Shown here piece by piece: positions 52,101-64,000 of a stretch of DNA of 64,000 bases. The stretch lies in the NCBI RefSeq assembly GCF_964355755.1, contig NC_092672.1, positions 7,688,001 through 7,752,000 on the forward strand, read 5' to 3'. The notes beneath the pieces are model-generated. The model saw only the letters and a list, made by a program, of their open reading frames with translations, did no database searches and was not told the origin of the DNA. The position numbers and the translations under genes are program-made. Source of the DNA: Antedon mediterranea (lineage: Eukaryota; Animalia; Echinodermata). Position 1 is the stretch's first letter. The number at the start of each line of letters is the position of its first letter.

Positions 52101-55100
52101 ATTTTCACATGAGGTTTAAATAGGTTTGTTTGTGCATAACAGGTGTAAAGAAATAAGTAGTATTATAATACGTACTGAACTACTTTGCATTAAATACTTA
52201 AAGATGTATTGTTCCTTTGACAAATTCCCAAAAAATAAAAAATAAAAGATTTGAAAAAAAGTTGGTCATTTTGAAGTATCATAATAGTTATTAACTTTCA
52301 CCAAAAAAATTAGTCGAAAAAAATCATTTAACTGCAATACAGACGTTTTGTTGTTCAAAAAATAACTTTGACTTCCAGTCAAAGTTTTCGATCAAAACAT
52401 ATCTCATAATGCAACACGCTTGTTTGGATATACTCTGTATGCATACTCATAAAAAATTCCTTGTGATCTGTGTGAGAACACCTTCTCAACCGTGACGAGT
52501 TGTAAACGATCCTAATTAGCATCATGCATACTCGTGGTTTGAAATCTTTGTTTATTTTCGCTCGCGACAATTTTCCAGACGAAATGTAATCAGATTAACT
52601 TACCTGTTAAATTACGTAAACTTGTTGTTTTTGGCCCGAATTTTCGACTTAAAGTGAATAACTTTAATACTACTTTGATATGGCCAATTTAAATTTAGAA
52701 TATTTTGACTTTCATTTTTTTGTGTTTCAAGGGAAAATACATCTTTAAGTTAATTGCATAGCTTTGAACTTGTTTGTTGAGTTCTGGACTCTTCCATTTA
52801 ATTTAGAGGGCTTCTTTAATTTTTAATTGATAGTTCGTGTTTGCCTTATCAATTACTAGCAATTATACCCGCCCCAGGGCGGGTTTCAAAATTAGTTTAC
52901 AGCCTTCTCAGTACATAACACCTGACGCCAGTATCTGTCTATACTCACCAACCTCCACCCATCTTCAATAACACCCCATATTCTTTCTTAAAAGCAAATT
53001 CTTCCCAGTGATCGACTAATTCAATTCAACCTACGCTTCAAATTGAGAGGAGTTTACATAGCTATGATGGGTCTAATAATGGTTGAAGTACGTTGTAAAT
53101 TGTGTAAATGAATAGGTGTCATATTGGCTGATAATTAAAATATCTAATTTAGATACTGCTGTCCCCCAGCCTTCTTTCTCCTTTCACCACCCAGCCACCA
53201 TCAACAAACCTTAACTCCTCCCCTGGACAGTTCAAATATAGTTACTTTTCCTAGTACAATTCCAATCATATAGGCTACTTCATTACGCTAGTATTTTCGC
53301 TCCTCCTCACCCTACAAACACACCCCAGATACACTGGGTGATATGTTGAAGACGGTTCCAGTACAAATTATGTTATTATCACTCCCCACCCATAATTCCT
53401 CAGTGGCAGTTTTCAAATGTAGTTTAAAACATTCCAAATACAGTTTTGGTCATGGTGATAGGCCTACATCCCCACCCCAAACTCCCAGCCGCTCCCCAGG
53501 AATAATTAAATACTTTAAAATTTTCAAACCACAATTCTGGTGTAAACAAAATCCCCACTATTCCCTGTACCCCAACTCCTAAAGCCTGTACTCCAACTTC
53601 CAAAGCTCCCAACCCCACTCTCCCACAATTGACGTTTTTTCCTTGGAGGCATGGTGATGTAGTTGAACACAGTAACAGTAAACAACATGTGTATGTTCAC
53701 ACAGGAATGGCTGTCTGTAATGAGACAATCCAAGAGACCGGTACATAGCTGGATATGGTTAAAGTACTTTGCTAAATGTGTAATTGAATAGGTGTCATAT
53801 TGGTTAATGAATAAAATATGTATATCTATATATCTATATTTCCCCAAACGCCTTGCTGAGGATAATTCAAATACTGTAAAACTTTTCTAGTATAATTTTA
53901 CAATTCGATAGCACCGAGGACAACTACCGAGCCCTAGCAAAAATGACATCACAAACCACCACACCCACCCACCTCCTCCCACAAAAACCCCAGGAGTGGG
54001 GGTACAATTGCCATCATGTTGATACCCCATATGTATGGTTACGTGCAGAAACAGATATTTGTATAACGAACAAAAATCGAAAGTGGGGGTTTTGACCACA
54101 TTTTGGTCCCTAACTTGGATCCTAGGTGGCGGATGATGTTGAAATATAGCTTAGAACATTCCCGGTACAATTGCGGTCATTTTGATACCCCAAAATGTAA
54201 GATTACGTGCAGTAACAAAAATGTGTATAACGAACAAACCAACAGACATACAGACGTACAAACTCTCTCACTTATAATATAGATTTAAAAACAAGTTTTG
54301 TTAATGTGTGTCTTACAATTCGTATCTTTAATTAAGTGTTTATATCATGTGCGAATGTTTATCTCTATGTAAATGCTCTTCTATCCGCGTTGTATAATGT
54401 CGGGAAGTTTCCCCAATATGCATTTTGTTATTGTGATATTGAAATAAAGAATTTTTATTTGAATAAATTAGCTGTTGATATAAAGTTTGCGGTATACCAC
54501 GTGTATTAGTTCTGAAAAGAACTGTTGAGTTTCTATACTTTGATCGTCCTCTAGGACAACTACCCGCTTAGGACAACTACCACGCGGACAATTACTCTCT
54601 AGGACAACTACCACGCGGACAATTACTCCCTAGGACAACTACCACCCGGACAATTACCCCCTAGGACAACTACCACCCGGACAACTACCTTCTATGACAA
54701 CTACCCTCTAGGACAACTTCTATTTTATTTAGATTCCCTCGGATCTGGGACTTAATCCTTCAGATGTTCAGGACATGTGCGTAAACCTACTTGATGTTAA
54801 AATGTTTTCTGTTAAGCTTAAAAAGAGTTTTTTTACGAAAGAAAATGTTAGTGTTAGTGTTGCTTATCTTTTATTTTATATTATTCAGTTATGTATCTAT
54901 CTATCATGATCTTCTATGAGTTTGAAATAACCAATGTTTGGTCTTAACCATTCTATTTAATTATTTTAAATTTGGGATGGGACGTCCCATCAAAAAAGAT
55001 GAGTCCCTCAGTAAAATCCGGAATAAATTGAATTGAATATTCCCCTTGGAAAACTACCCCTCTCAACAACACACAATGGACAACTATAATAACTAACCTC

Positions 55101-57416
55101 ATGACACCAACACCTTAGTCTTTTCATTTAAGTTCATTTATTTTGCTTTTTTTTTATAATAATAAATTACGTTTGACATGAAGATGCCGTATAGAAATCT
55201 AGGAACACAGTTTACCAATTTGCACCAGTCATCGAAAATCATATAAATATTTATTTTAACAGCCCCTTACTATCGATACAATTGGCCTGATTTTGTTCAT
55301 TTTTTCTTTTCCATAAGAGCTTATGTCATGCTGTTTAATGACATTATGTATTTACTGCAAGTCCAGTAAATATGGAATATTGGTTTGACCTACCCAGGGG
55401 TAGTAGTACTAGGGGAAGTTGTCATAGGAGTAGCCTAGTTTTCCTATGAGTATGGGTAGTTGTTCTAGGAGGTAGTTGTTCTAGGAGGTAGTTGTTCTAG
55501 GGGGTAGTTGTCCTAGAGGGTAATTGTCCTAGGGGGTAGTTGTCTTAGAGGGTAGTTGTCCTAGGGGGTAGTTGTCCTAGAGGGTAGTTGTCCTAGGGGG
55601 TAGTTGTCCTAGGGGGTAGTTGTCCTTGGGGGTAATTGTCTTAAGAGGGTAGTTTTCCGGATGGTAGTTGTCCCAGCAGGGTAATTGTCCAGGTGGTAAT
55701 TGTCCGGGTGGTAGTTTTCCGGGTGGTAGTTGTCCTAGACCCGATTTACGAATTATATTTTTGGAGAACAAGAAATAAACAAAAATCAAGTAGCCGGATT
55801 CAAATTTTATTCGATGAATCAGATCAGCAATGCCGAAATAATAGATCATCAATAGAATGTGTGTTTGAGCAGTGCGTGCTGAAATAAATGGCCAGTGTGA
55901 ATCAATTATAGGTCGTTGTGATTTTAGCGCTGTTAGTTGAATCAGTGTTGTTTTCAGTGAATTTAACACTACTGACGTTAGTTTTTTACTCACTAGTTGA
56001 GATTAAATGGACAATATGTGAATCAGTATAATAATTGATGTTTTTAGAGCTGTTAAGTTGCTTAGAAGGGAATGAGTGTCCGGTATTTGGATCACTATAA
56101 TTGGTTGTTGTGTTTTACCTCTGCTGGTAAGTCGCGTACTTACTAGTGTAGGTTGAGTACTCAGCATTGATTACATCATTTGACCGTTTCCATACTTTGT
56201 GGAATACTTTGTCTCGTTTACTGCCTCTTTTAAGAAAGGTTGGCACCAGGGTTTGCATACGACTCCATCCATTAAAACCATATTCAAAGTCAGCGCAAAA
56301 GCCTTCTGTTTCTGTTTCTAAATTGAAAGAAGTTAACATGACTAAAATATAAACAAATTAGAATTTCAGAATTGTATTTTAAAAATAAACAGATTTTTCT
56401 TTTTCAGAATCAATATTTATTATCATCATTGTCATCGTTTTCGTTGTCATCACCATTATCATTATCATCTTTATTATTATCACACAATTGAGGTATGTTG
56501 AATTGAATTTGTGCTGTAAGTTTGCTTGAGCCATTTAATCTAATTATATTACACTGAGTTTACAATACACCTCATGTGATCATCATCATCATCATCATCA
56601 TCACCATAAATAATTTCTTTTATAGTAGTATTCGCTTTAGCCTTACCGTTGCCACTGTACGCTTCAATACCAGCAAAGAAACCTCTATGTTGCCCACTGC
56701 TATCGGTAGTAAACGTAAGGTCCAATGTGTTACTTACAGAAGACAAAGTGTCCGGTGGCGTGTACGAGTTGCTGTAGTCGGTATGACGATTATGATCAAT
56801 TACTATTAAAAGGTCATTTGATCGGAGAGAAAAATCGTAAAATTTGAGCAACAGCAAATGTCCTGGATATGTACGAAACTTGTAATCGTAGATCAGATCA
56901 TTAAAATATTTTCTTGGATAATTAGGTGATGATATATTCTTCGAATGGTTTGGACATATGAAGTACTCGTCGGACAATGCCGTTTGCCCTTTATTAAAGT
57001 ATAAAATAAAATGTTTTTATAAAACGAAACAAGCCAAAAACAAACCGTACAAAGATAAAACAATAATAGCGAAGGTGAGCATATTGTTCAAAGCAGTTTA
57101 CGATTAATTCAATTTAACCATAATATGTTATTTATGTCACCGTAATCATTACTTTTCTTGGTTTCATTGATGAGGACGAACCCATCGGCACGAAAAAAGT
57201 TTTAAAAAAACTACAGATTCGATTAAGAACACTTTCATCTATAACGTGGTTGTAACAATGCCAAAAACACTTGTATAAAACAATGTAGAATTAAAGTCCA
57301 TATATATTATGTTTAGATATATAACTGATCAAAACACTAGATATGTACTTACCATCAGAAAAGTAATTTAAGTTGATAACGAAGAACAGAAATGTTTTAA
57401 ACAAAACACTTTTCAT
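40170..57416 (-). CDS. Receptor tyrosine kinase RTK2: signal-CUB-MAM-Thr-rich stalk-TM-kinase (non-RD)
   Basis: Exons: 57353-57416 signal, CUB 56647-56988, MAM 56144-56317 (CADFEYGFNGW) and 51490-51810 (YYIYVE...FNYYM...IAVDDI), stalk exon(s) from 50929, TM 42879-43040 (VLLVGIIVPSVCLAVLIFLAL-RYRNKHR), kinase 42585-42776 (GGGRFG, VAVK), 42278-42459, 41824-41913, 41244-41455 (HGDLAARN, DFG, PVKW), 40920-41057 (WSFGV), 40401-40539 (CW...RPTF), 40170-40286. Stalk splicing is uncertain. Confidence 0.82.
43118..50760. repeat. 30-bp Thr-rich (TTTSPATTDT) minisatellite with higher-order 1906-bp and 1391-bp duplications
   Basis: Unit GCAGGACTAGTAGTCGTAGTATCGGTAGTT. ORF pairs are offset by 1906 (44564/46470, 44910/46816, 45428/47334) and by 1391 (48137/49528, 47853/49244). 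Confidence 0.95.
51853..52120 (-). mobile_element. Penelope-like pLTR / ORF N-terminus remnant
   Basis: ORF MSDIKSFYVVIKFVLI...LRQFEKLNKKVAKADADINFLKN resembles PLE ORF N-termini (from recollection, not searched) and is preceded by a hammerhead motif. Confidence 0.6.
52043..52084 (-). ncRNA. Minimal type I hammerhead ribozyme motif
   Basis: tca-CTGATGA-t-gttgtat(aaca)atacgac-GAAACATGTC-tga: conserved core, 7-bp stem II, palindromic stem III, GUC cleavage triplet, 3-bp stem I. Confidence 0.65.
52856..54283 (-). mobile_element. Non-autonomous Helitron (family B), second copy
   Basis: Inverted homologue of 33830-35191 with TC start, hairpin and CTAG end, between A and T. Confidence 0.88.
54541..55746. 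mobile_element. Foldback-like element with inverted arrays of short repeats
   Basis: Tandem (CTAGGACAACTACCC)n-like units at 54551-54720 and their reverse complement (GGGTAGTTGTCCTAG)n at about 55395-55740. Confidence 0.65.
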
Positions 57417-59183
57417 AGTTATAACAGGGAAAAATAAAATTGTTATTTCAAGAAATTCATTAGGTCGACACACTGTGTATTCCATAGAAATCATAAAACT
57501 CCAATCCAACATTTTATATATAACTCACTTAATTATTCTCTGTTAATATTCTACTGATTTTTATTGTTTTATGAATTTTATTGTGCATTTAATGATAAAA
57601 ATATTACTCCTTTGTAAGATTTTATAGTACTTCTTAGTAAACATAATAAACCATTATTAGAGTTCGTCTCCATCGAGAGTAAGAGTAAACAGCATTCAAA
57701 TATGTTTCAATGATGTGGTCGATTTATTATGTAATAAAAAATCTCATTTATAATTATTATACGCCTAGAAGTCATCGATGCACGAAACTAGACAAAAATG
57801 TAAGGGAAATCTATAACAACCTAAGGCAAATAGTACATCCGGTAAATTTTCCATTACCTGTGAAAATATGGAACGAAACACCAATGCAAGTCCGAGAAAT
57901 TAAATATAGGAAACATTTTAAAACCAAAGTCATAGAACTCCTGTTTGAGTCATAACATTTGGATAAATAAAGAAAGAAATTTCTCACTAACCGATGAAAT
58001 GAAAAAAAATAAATAACGCAACTGATATACTTCGCACGTACTATAGCCAGTGCATTGGAGGGTTATGACCACACCAACCTGCTGAAACATAGCCTTAGTA
58101 ATCAAACGGCGCAGATCCGTGTTTAATAGTGGGAGGGGGGACGTATAAAAATGAAATGCTTTTCGAGCGAAGCGACCAACCTTAGGCTGGCGGCCAGGGG
58201 ATCGCCAAGGGCCCCCGATTGGGGTCTTTGAGTAATGTATAGGTCGTTTCAATCGATTTCTGAGCACATAGAAATTCTGCCCAGAAGAATGCAATTATTT
58301 TGAGTTACGCACTTTTTAGGCACTGGTTCTGATGCGCCACTGGTTACATTCACGCAAAATATATTATCTTAGATACTGTATTTTGAAACTACATACGATA
58401 CGTCATGCGTGCCATAGAAGTCTTACTTTCTATTTCATTTCAACAGTTTAATGATTTTTGCTGTTGAAAAGTGAGGAGGACAATCCCCACTAAAAATATG
58501 TGGGGAAGGGGGGGGGGGGGCGGTGGACATGTCCACATTTCACATTAAACTGTAACAAAATTAGACTAAATGAGTGCACATGGACCACCATTATCGGGTA
58601 TGATTTACAAAAAACAAAAATCAATAAAAAGAAAACTTGGTACGCCCGCACATTACTGGATGCTTTAGGTAGAGGTAGGTCTAAAGAAAGGAGAAAAAAT
58701 TAATACTAAAATATACAAAAATAATAATATTGCCAAATATGCCTAAAAGAAGCAAACATACAAATTTAGGCCTACGTAAAAGCGAATGTGGGCTTGTTTC
58801 TACATTTATATATTTGATATTTACTAGCTGTTTGACATCGAAAAATTAACAATCTATTATGAATTCAGTGAAATTACTATTGTGTGGGTTGTATTTTCAA
58901 TAACCTAATAAAGATTTACACCAGGGATCTGATTTACAAAAAGCCAGATATACATGGAATTAGAGCGCCCTCTATAACATTAGCAGTACAGTATTTCCGT
59001 TCATTCTGGATTTTCCAATGGTTAAAATTAAACAAAGGTTAAGTTCACTTCCCTATTTACTATACAAAAGGTGTGGATAGCATATAGACGGCCTAGCTTA
59101 CTAAATCGATGTTTTCAGCTACGGTTAGTTATTTTTAACAAGAATTCAACATTCTGTATATAGGCCTTAAAGCAGACTTGAAA

Positions 59184-62100
59184 ATGAGACTAACAATGCT
59201 GAAAGGTATGACATAACATTTTTATAACTTATTTTAACAAGTTAAATAAAAAGGAAATAGCACGGACCGGTAGGCCTCTCATGATAAAAACACTCGTCGT
59301 ATTTTGGAATATTTTACGCTCCCCACTTAACCTAATATAAATTAATTAATTAATTATGGACGGTAATGTTCTTGCTGATAAGTGTGTTTTAAAGCAAAAC
59401 ATGTCGGGACGGCGCGGTTCAATCGTTGTCATTCGTAGTATGGGGCATAAAGGAGTGGTACTGTACTGCACTTTCGCACCGAGCTTACCCAACGTAAAAA
59501 TAAAACATTCACCCGCTGCGCGGCGGTGATGGCGAGTGAACCATGAAATCATAAATATGTACAGTATTTGTATATGTCTATTATAGCGCCCCCATAATAG
59601 CCATTAATTTTCATTTGCAAAGCCAGTTTTCTATGTAGTTTTCTGGAGTTTCCATGGAGTAGGAACTCTGATCATCTCGGAATGAATCATGAAACAATCA
59701 GTAACATTGTCCTTATCAATGATGCCAACTACGTTTACCTAATTTTTCAATCTACTGATGTGTAGAAGATAATCAAGTGTCTTGCTTAACTGGCTCTTAA
59801 TTTGATTTTGTTTGTATTAGGTACAAAGTTTACTAGGGGAAAGACACACAACGTAATTAAGTAATTGACCAATCACAAGCGATAGTCCGAAGAATCCTTC
59901 CTTTTGATTAGTAAACATAATTGTGTCGCGTCCTGTATTTGCGTTAAGTTAAGCACATATTAATATGAATACCATAAACTCATATTATAGTTATTTTCCC
60001 CCTTTTTCTGACAGACATAATAGTTTGTAGTGTTTCAACATCCAAAACCAGCGAAGATGTGGTTACAATGGTTCAGCAAGTATGCCCAGCAGAAAAGGTC
60101 ACATTCAAACCATTAGAAAGAAAGATTCGTTTTGATTCTAAGAAAGTAGTATTTTGTCACTCCAGTATGGATGGCCGTCTAGCATTGACAGATGTTAATG
60201 ACTCCATCTATGATCAGGCTATTAAAAATGCCTGTTCAGACGTGGGTAAGATACGATAAACTTCGTACTCAAGCATTTAATTTAAGACATTGATTTTACA
60301 CAAATGTTCTTACCTGCTTTTTAAGACCACCAAGTAATCAACCATTACGAAGTAAACAATATATTGAATTTTAGCAAGTTCTATGCTGAAAGAAAATACA
60401 GTAGTATAATCAACCTTATCAGACGAATTGTTTGTGAATATATTATAATTTCCGCCATGTTTCATTTGATATTCTAACTAAAACACTCTACTAAGCTTGC
60501 TAAAAGTGCGAATTTATATTAAAAATGTAATACTCAATACTCAGGTCACATCAAAGGGCATACGTTTATGAATAAACCAAAGGCTACAGACATTTACACG
60601 TACGGCGTACGTGACGCTAGCTTTCATCATTTTAGCAGCACGTATAGTACCTCTATTTTAAGCTTCTTTCCCACCACACTCGATTCACCAGGGACAAAAA
60701 GTAGTGAGCCCTCTATCGGCAGCCAATCGTTTTTGCACACGAGACAGCGTGGACAATTACCCGGAAGCAATTTTGTTTTGAAAAGTAAATCTTAGGTTTT
60801 TGCAAACTGGCCAATTGGAACTTTTGGTTTTATTTACTAATGAATAATTCATGAAAACCTTTGACAAGGCATCTACGAACCACGTGATATTGTTTTTTAA
60901 TCGACGAACCCATTATATTTGTGTGAAACAAGGGTGAATTACACCGATGTTTTTTAAACAATTTTAGGCTATTCGAATGTTAAAATTTCGTCTAATTTGT
61001 TGAGGCTGTAATAAAACAACGCAATTTTTTGAGAAGGTGGGTTTTATAGTTTCTGAATATTTGATTTTTCAATAGTAGTTAATAAAAAAATCTCGTTGGG
61101 GTTATTTTTTATTTTTTTTTAATGGCTGCTTAAACATGTGCCTTCTTGGGTATTTCACTATTGAAAATGGAACACATGGTTGTAGCTAAAATCATTTTTT
61201 ACGCCATAAGATAAAAAATTTGGTTTTGTAAATTAATAAGGGCAACATATAATATATAGGAAAGCTGTTTTTAATCATAAAACTCTACAAAGCCTCTTTT
61301 TTATTTATAAATCAATATAGTCTAGGCCTAGTAGTACAGTAGGAGAGCCAGGCTTTAGCCTCCTATAGTGGGGTAGTGCGTGCATTATTGGCGCGTGTTC
61401 ATTGTCGGGCGCGCGTTGTTTATAGGCCTAAGAAAATAAGTAAAATATACAAATATAATTAAATAATGATTATTATTAATTGAATGTTATTTTTTTTTTA
61501 CAGACCACAGAGGATTGTTCTACATACTTCAATACAAATAGCATTAAATCAACAACAATTTCTTATGAGTCATATTAATTGCTCTGGCATATAATGTGAA
61601 AAAGCACTATTAATACTGTAATAATGGATATCTATAGATGTATTGCCAAAAAGACATTTTATTTTTTAAAAACTTTAACTTATCCTAATTTACTTATTTA
61701 AAGGTTCAAGTGGCGGTTGGTTGTTGTGCAGTAGTTTAATAAAGTTTAAATGTACATTTCAAATCGGCAAATAAATAATGGTAATAGGCCTACAGTACTA
61801 CAGTAAAGAAAATCTTTTCGAAGATTAGGCTTAGTACAAAAGATGTTAGCTAAGTTGATGTAGAAAACTTGTTGTCTGATTTTTAAGGTGAAATTTGTGA
61901 TAATATTAAAAGTTAAAATGTTAATTGGTGTGTATTTGTATTTCATTTATTGCTCCATTATTATAATAAAAAGCAGGGAACCATGAAATTTCATTTTAGC
62001 TCCGATAAAAAGTAAACATTTTCAGCATATACTGTACTTAAATAAATCATATGTTAGTGACAGGTGACATTAACAGATTTATTATGAGATTACTAGTAAG

Positions 62101-64000
62101 CCTACTAGTAGGTTTAGCTCTATTCATAAAAATAATGACATTATATACTGTACATTAATTAATTAGCCTAGCTAGGCCTAACTAATTTACTGATTTTTCA
62201 GTATTTTACCAAGTCAACCAACCGTTCAGGCATGCAGACAGTCCTCACTTCACACTAATCTTCATAATTTTAAGAAAAATGAAAGTTCAGCACTTTATTT
62301 TAAAATTTATAAGCCCATATTATAAGATTCTGCATCATCCACTTAACAAGAACTAAAATTGAGAGCCCAGTGATAGAGCGCATCTTCCGACGTTCTCGTC
62401 GCCTAAGGAAACGAGTATTCCAGCCCTGCCGCGTCTTCCTAGGCCTACGCGCACCGCACTTTCGCTCAAAATACACTATCTTCAACTCCTTATAGAATTT
62501 GTTTGAAAAATAACCCCAAGCTTATATTTGGAAATCTTTGAAAATGCATATAAGACTATATTATAGCGTTTTCAGAATTTCATTTAAAAATTGCAAATTA
62601 ATGTTAGCTATTTTAACAGATTAGTTAGTTTTCACTTTTTTGTTTTCGCCGTATGACTCGCTTTGTTTACGTTTACATTTGGCTTAGACGTTTATCTTAG
62701 AATTCGAATCAATTAATCCATAATCAACTAAAATTGCTATTGTTGTGGTTTTTGTTTAATATAAATGTTCTTAATAAACAGAAATAAATCAAACAACAAT
62801 ATAATTTAATATAAATCCGTTAAAAGGGAAATTTAGACAGCCTATAAAACACGGAAGTCAGAACTCGCGTCGCTCGAAATGCTCGGGAACTTTCTATTTA
62901 TAGCCAATCGAAAAAGGCTCCGGCTAACTTAAACAATGAAAACGGCTCTCGGAACACTTAATGTCCCATTTTCGCTGTTTGACGTGGATGTGCCACTAGG
63001 ACGTAACGCAAGGTCGTAAACGCAACGCAAGTAAGTTGACCAATGACAACCGACAGTTTGCATTATCCATCACTTGAGATTGGTCAAATCACTTAGGTGG
63101 CGTTACGTCCTTGTGTTGCGTCTCTAGTGGGAACCAAGCATTAGATGGAACAATCCATGACTACCGTTTGTTTTTGTCCTTTGACGCCATTTCTTGAAAG
63201 GCAGCCATCGTCATAATGACATGTTATAAAATATAATCGATTGTGAATAAGTAGACCATATTATCTGTTTCTATCATAAATGTGTCTTTTTATTCTAAGG
63301 TAAAGAAAACGTGGCGTTTATCGTCACAAAAGTCCCCACAGCTGACGTCAGGGTTAGAACACAGATGATAAAGGACACACAGCCTACACTTATCTCTAAC
63401 ATTGGACTGTTGCTATTGGTGGATAGCGTTACGTCTGTTGAAGAGATAGGCAAGCACAGTGTTGATGAACTTCAAGACTTCTTAGCAAGACACGTTGATG
63501 TCGATAGAAGACCTGATGCGGATGTTGAAACATTGTTTCAATATTTGAATGGAATAGGCATAGGTATAGTCGCGCTGTTGCTGGTACTGCTGTTGGGCAT
63601 AAGAGGTTATTATAATATGAACAATAATAATGTCTCCCTTCTTCAAAATCAGGCAATAGAGTTGTATGAGAAGTCGAATAGTAAGCTTAACGCATCTATG
63701 GAATATTTAACGAGGAATATGAGTGATATTGGCAAACAGCTGAATTCATGTGATCAAACAGTCAACGAGCAAAATGAAAAAATAAATATGATTCAATCAC
63801 AGGTAACAGATGTATACGGAATAGTAAATGAAAGTATACGGGAACAAAAAGAAACTAACATCCGGTTGGAAAACAATATTATAAATAACTCGAAAACAAT
63901 GGAAAACAACTTACGCACTCAAGTAGCTAGTGATTCTAAGATTCTAAATTCAACTTTAAAAATGATCTTAACAACGGTGGAATCCGGCATTGGGAAGGTA
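59184..64000 (+). CDS. Putative type II membrane protein: N-terminal alpha/beta domain, TM helix, coiled coil; runs off the window
   Basis: Phase-compatible exons 59184-59205 (MRLTMLK, tentative), 60015-60245 (...VVFCHSSMDGRLALTDVNDSIYDQAIKNACSDVG) and 63300-64000, a stop-free frame (KENVAFIV...GIGIGIVALLLVLLLGI-RGYY...heptad-rich). The last exon is missing from the ORF track because it has no stop within the window. Confidence 0.65.
62993..63140. mobile_element. MITE-like inverted-repeat element
   Basis: Imperfect TIRs CCACTAGGACGTAACGCAAGG... / ...CGTTACGTCCTTGTGTTGCGTCTCTAGTGG, plus inner TTGACCAAT/ATTGGTCAA. Confidence 0.6.

Noticed and set aside
55577-55993. ORF with GQLPP repeats
   Set aside because: Translation of the short-repeat arm of a foldback-like element.
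60790-62700. Weak inverted similarity and a basic 61-aa ORF
   Set aside because: No convincing TIR/TSD or protein motif; probably decayed TE in an intron.

Overview
AT-rich, intron-containing eukaryotic DNA, probably from a marine invertebrate (an echinoderm-like genome is a guess). The ORF track is largely misleading; the real genes appear only when GT-AG exons are reconstructed by hand. The minus strand carries an alternating receptor array, read right to left. RTK2 (57416-40170) is signal-CUB-MAM-Thr-rich stalk-TM-tyrosine kinase. aGPCR2 (37585-26875) is signal-CUB-mucin-GAIN/GPS-7TM. RTK1 (25134-11805) is a pseudogene. aGPCR1 (9493 to beyond the left edge) has two CUBs. All four genes start with the same homologous 64-nt signal-peptide exon and CUB exon, so one variable ectodomain cassette is coupled to two unrelated signalling outputs. 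The kinases are non-RD (HGDLAARN). A head-to-head plus-strand gene (59184 to beyond the right edge) encodes an alpha/beta domain, a TM helix and a coiled coil. Mobile DNA includes a full-length Harbinger, Penelope-like remnants with hammerhead motifs, Helitron/Helentron non-autonomous elements, MITEs, LINE fragments and several minisatellites.
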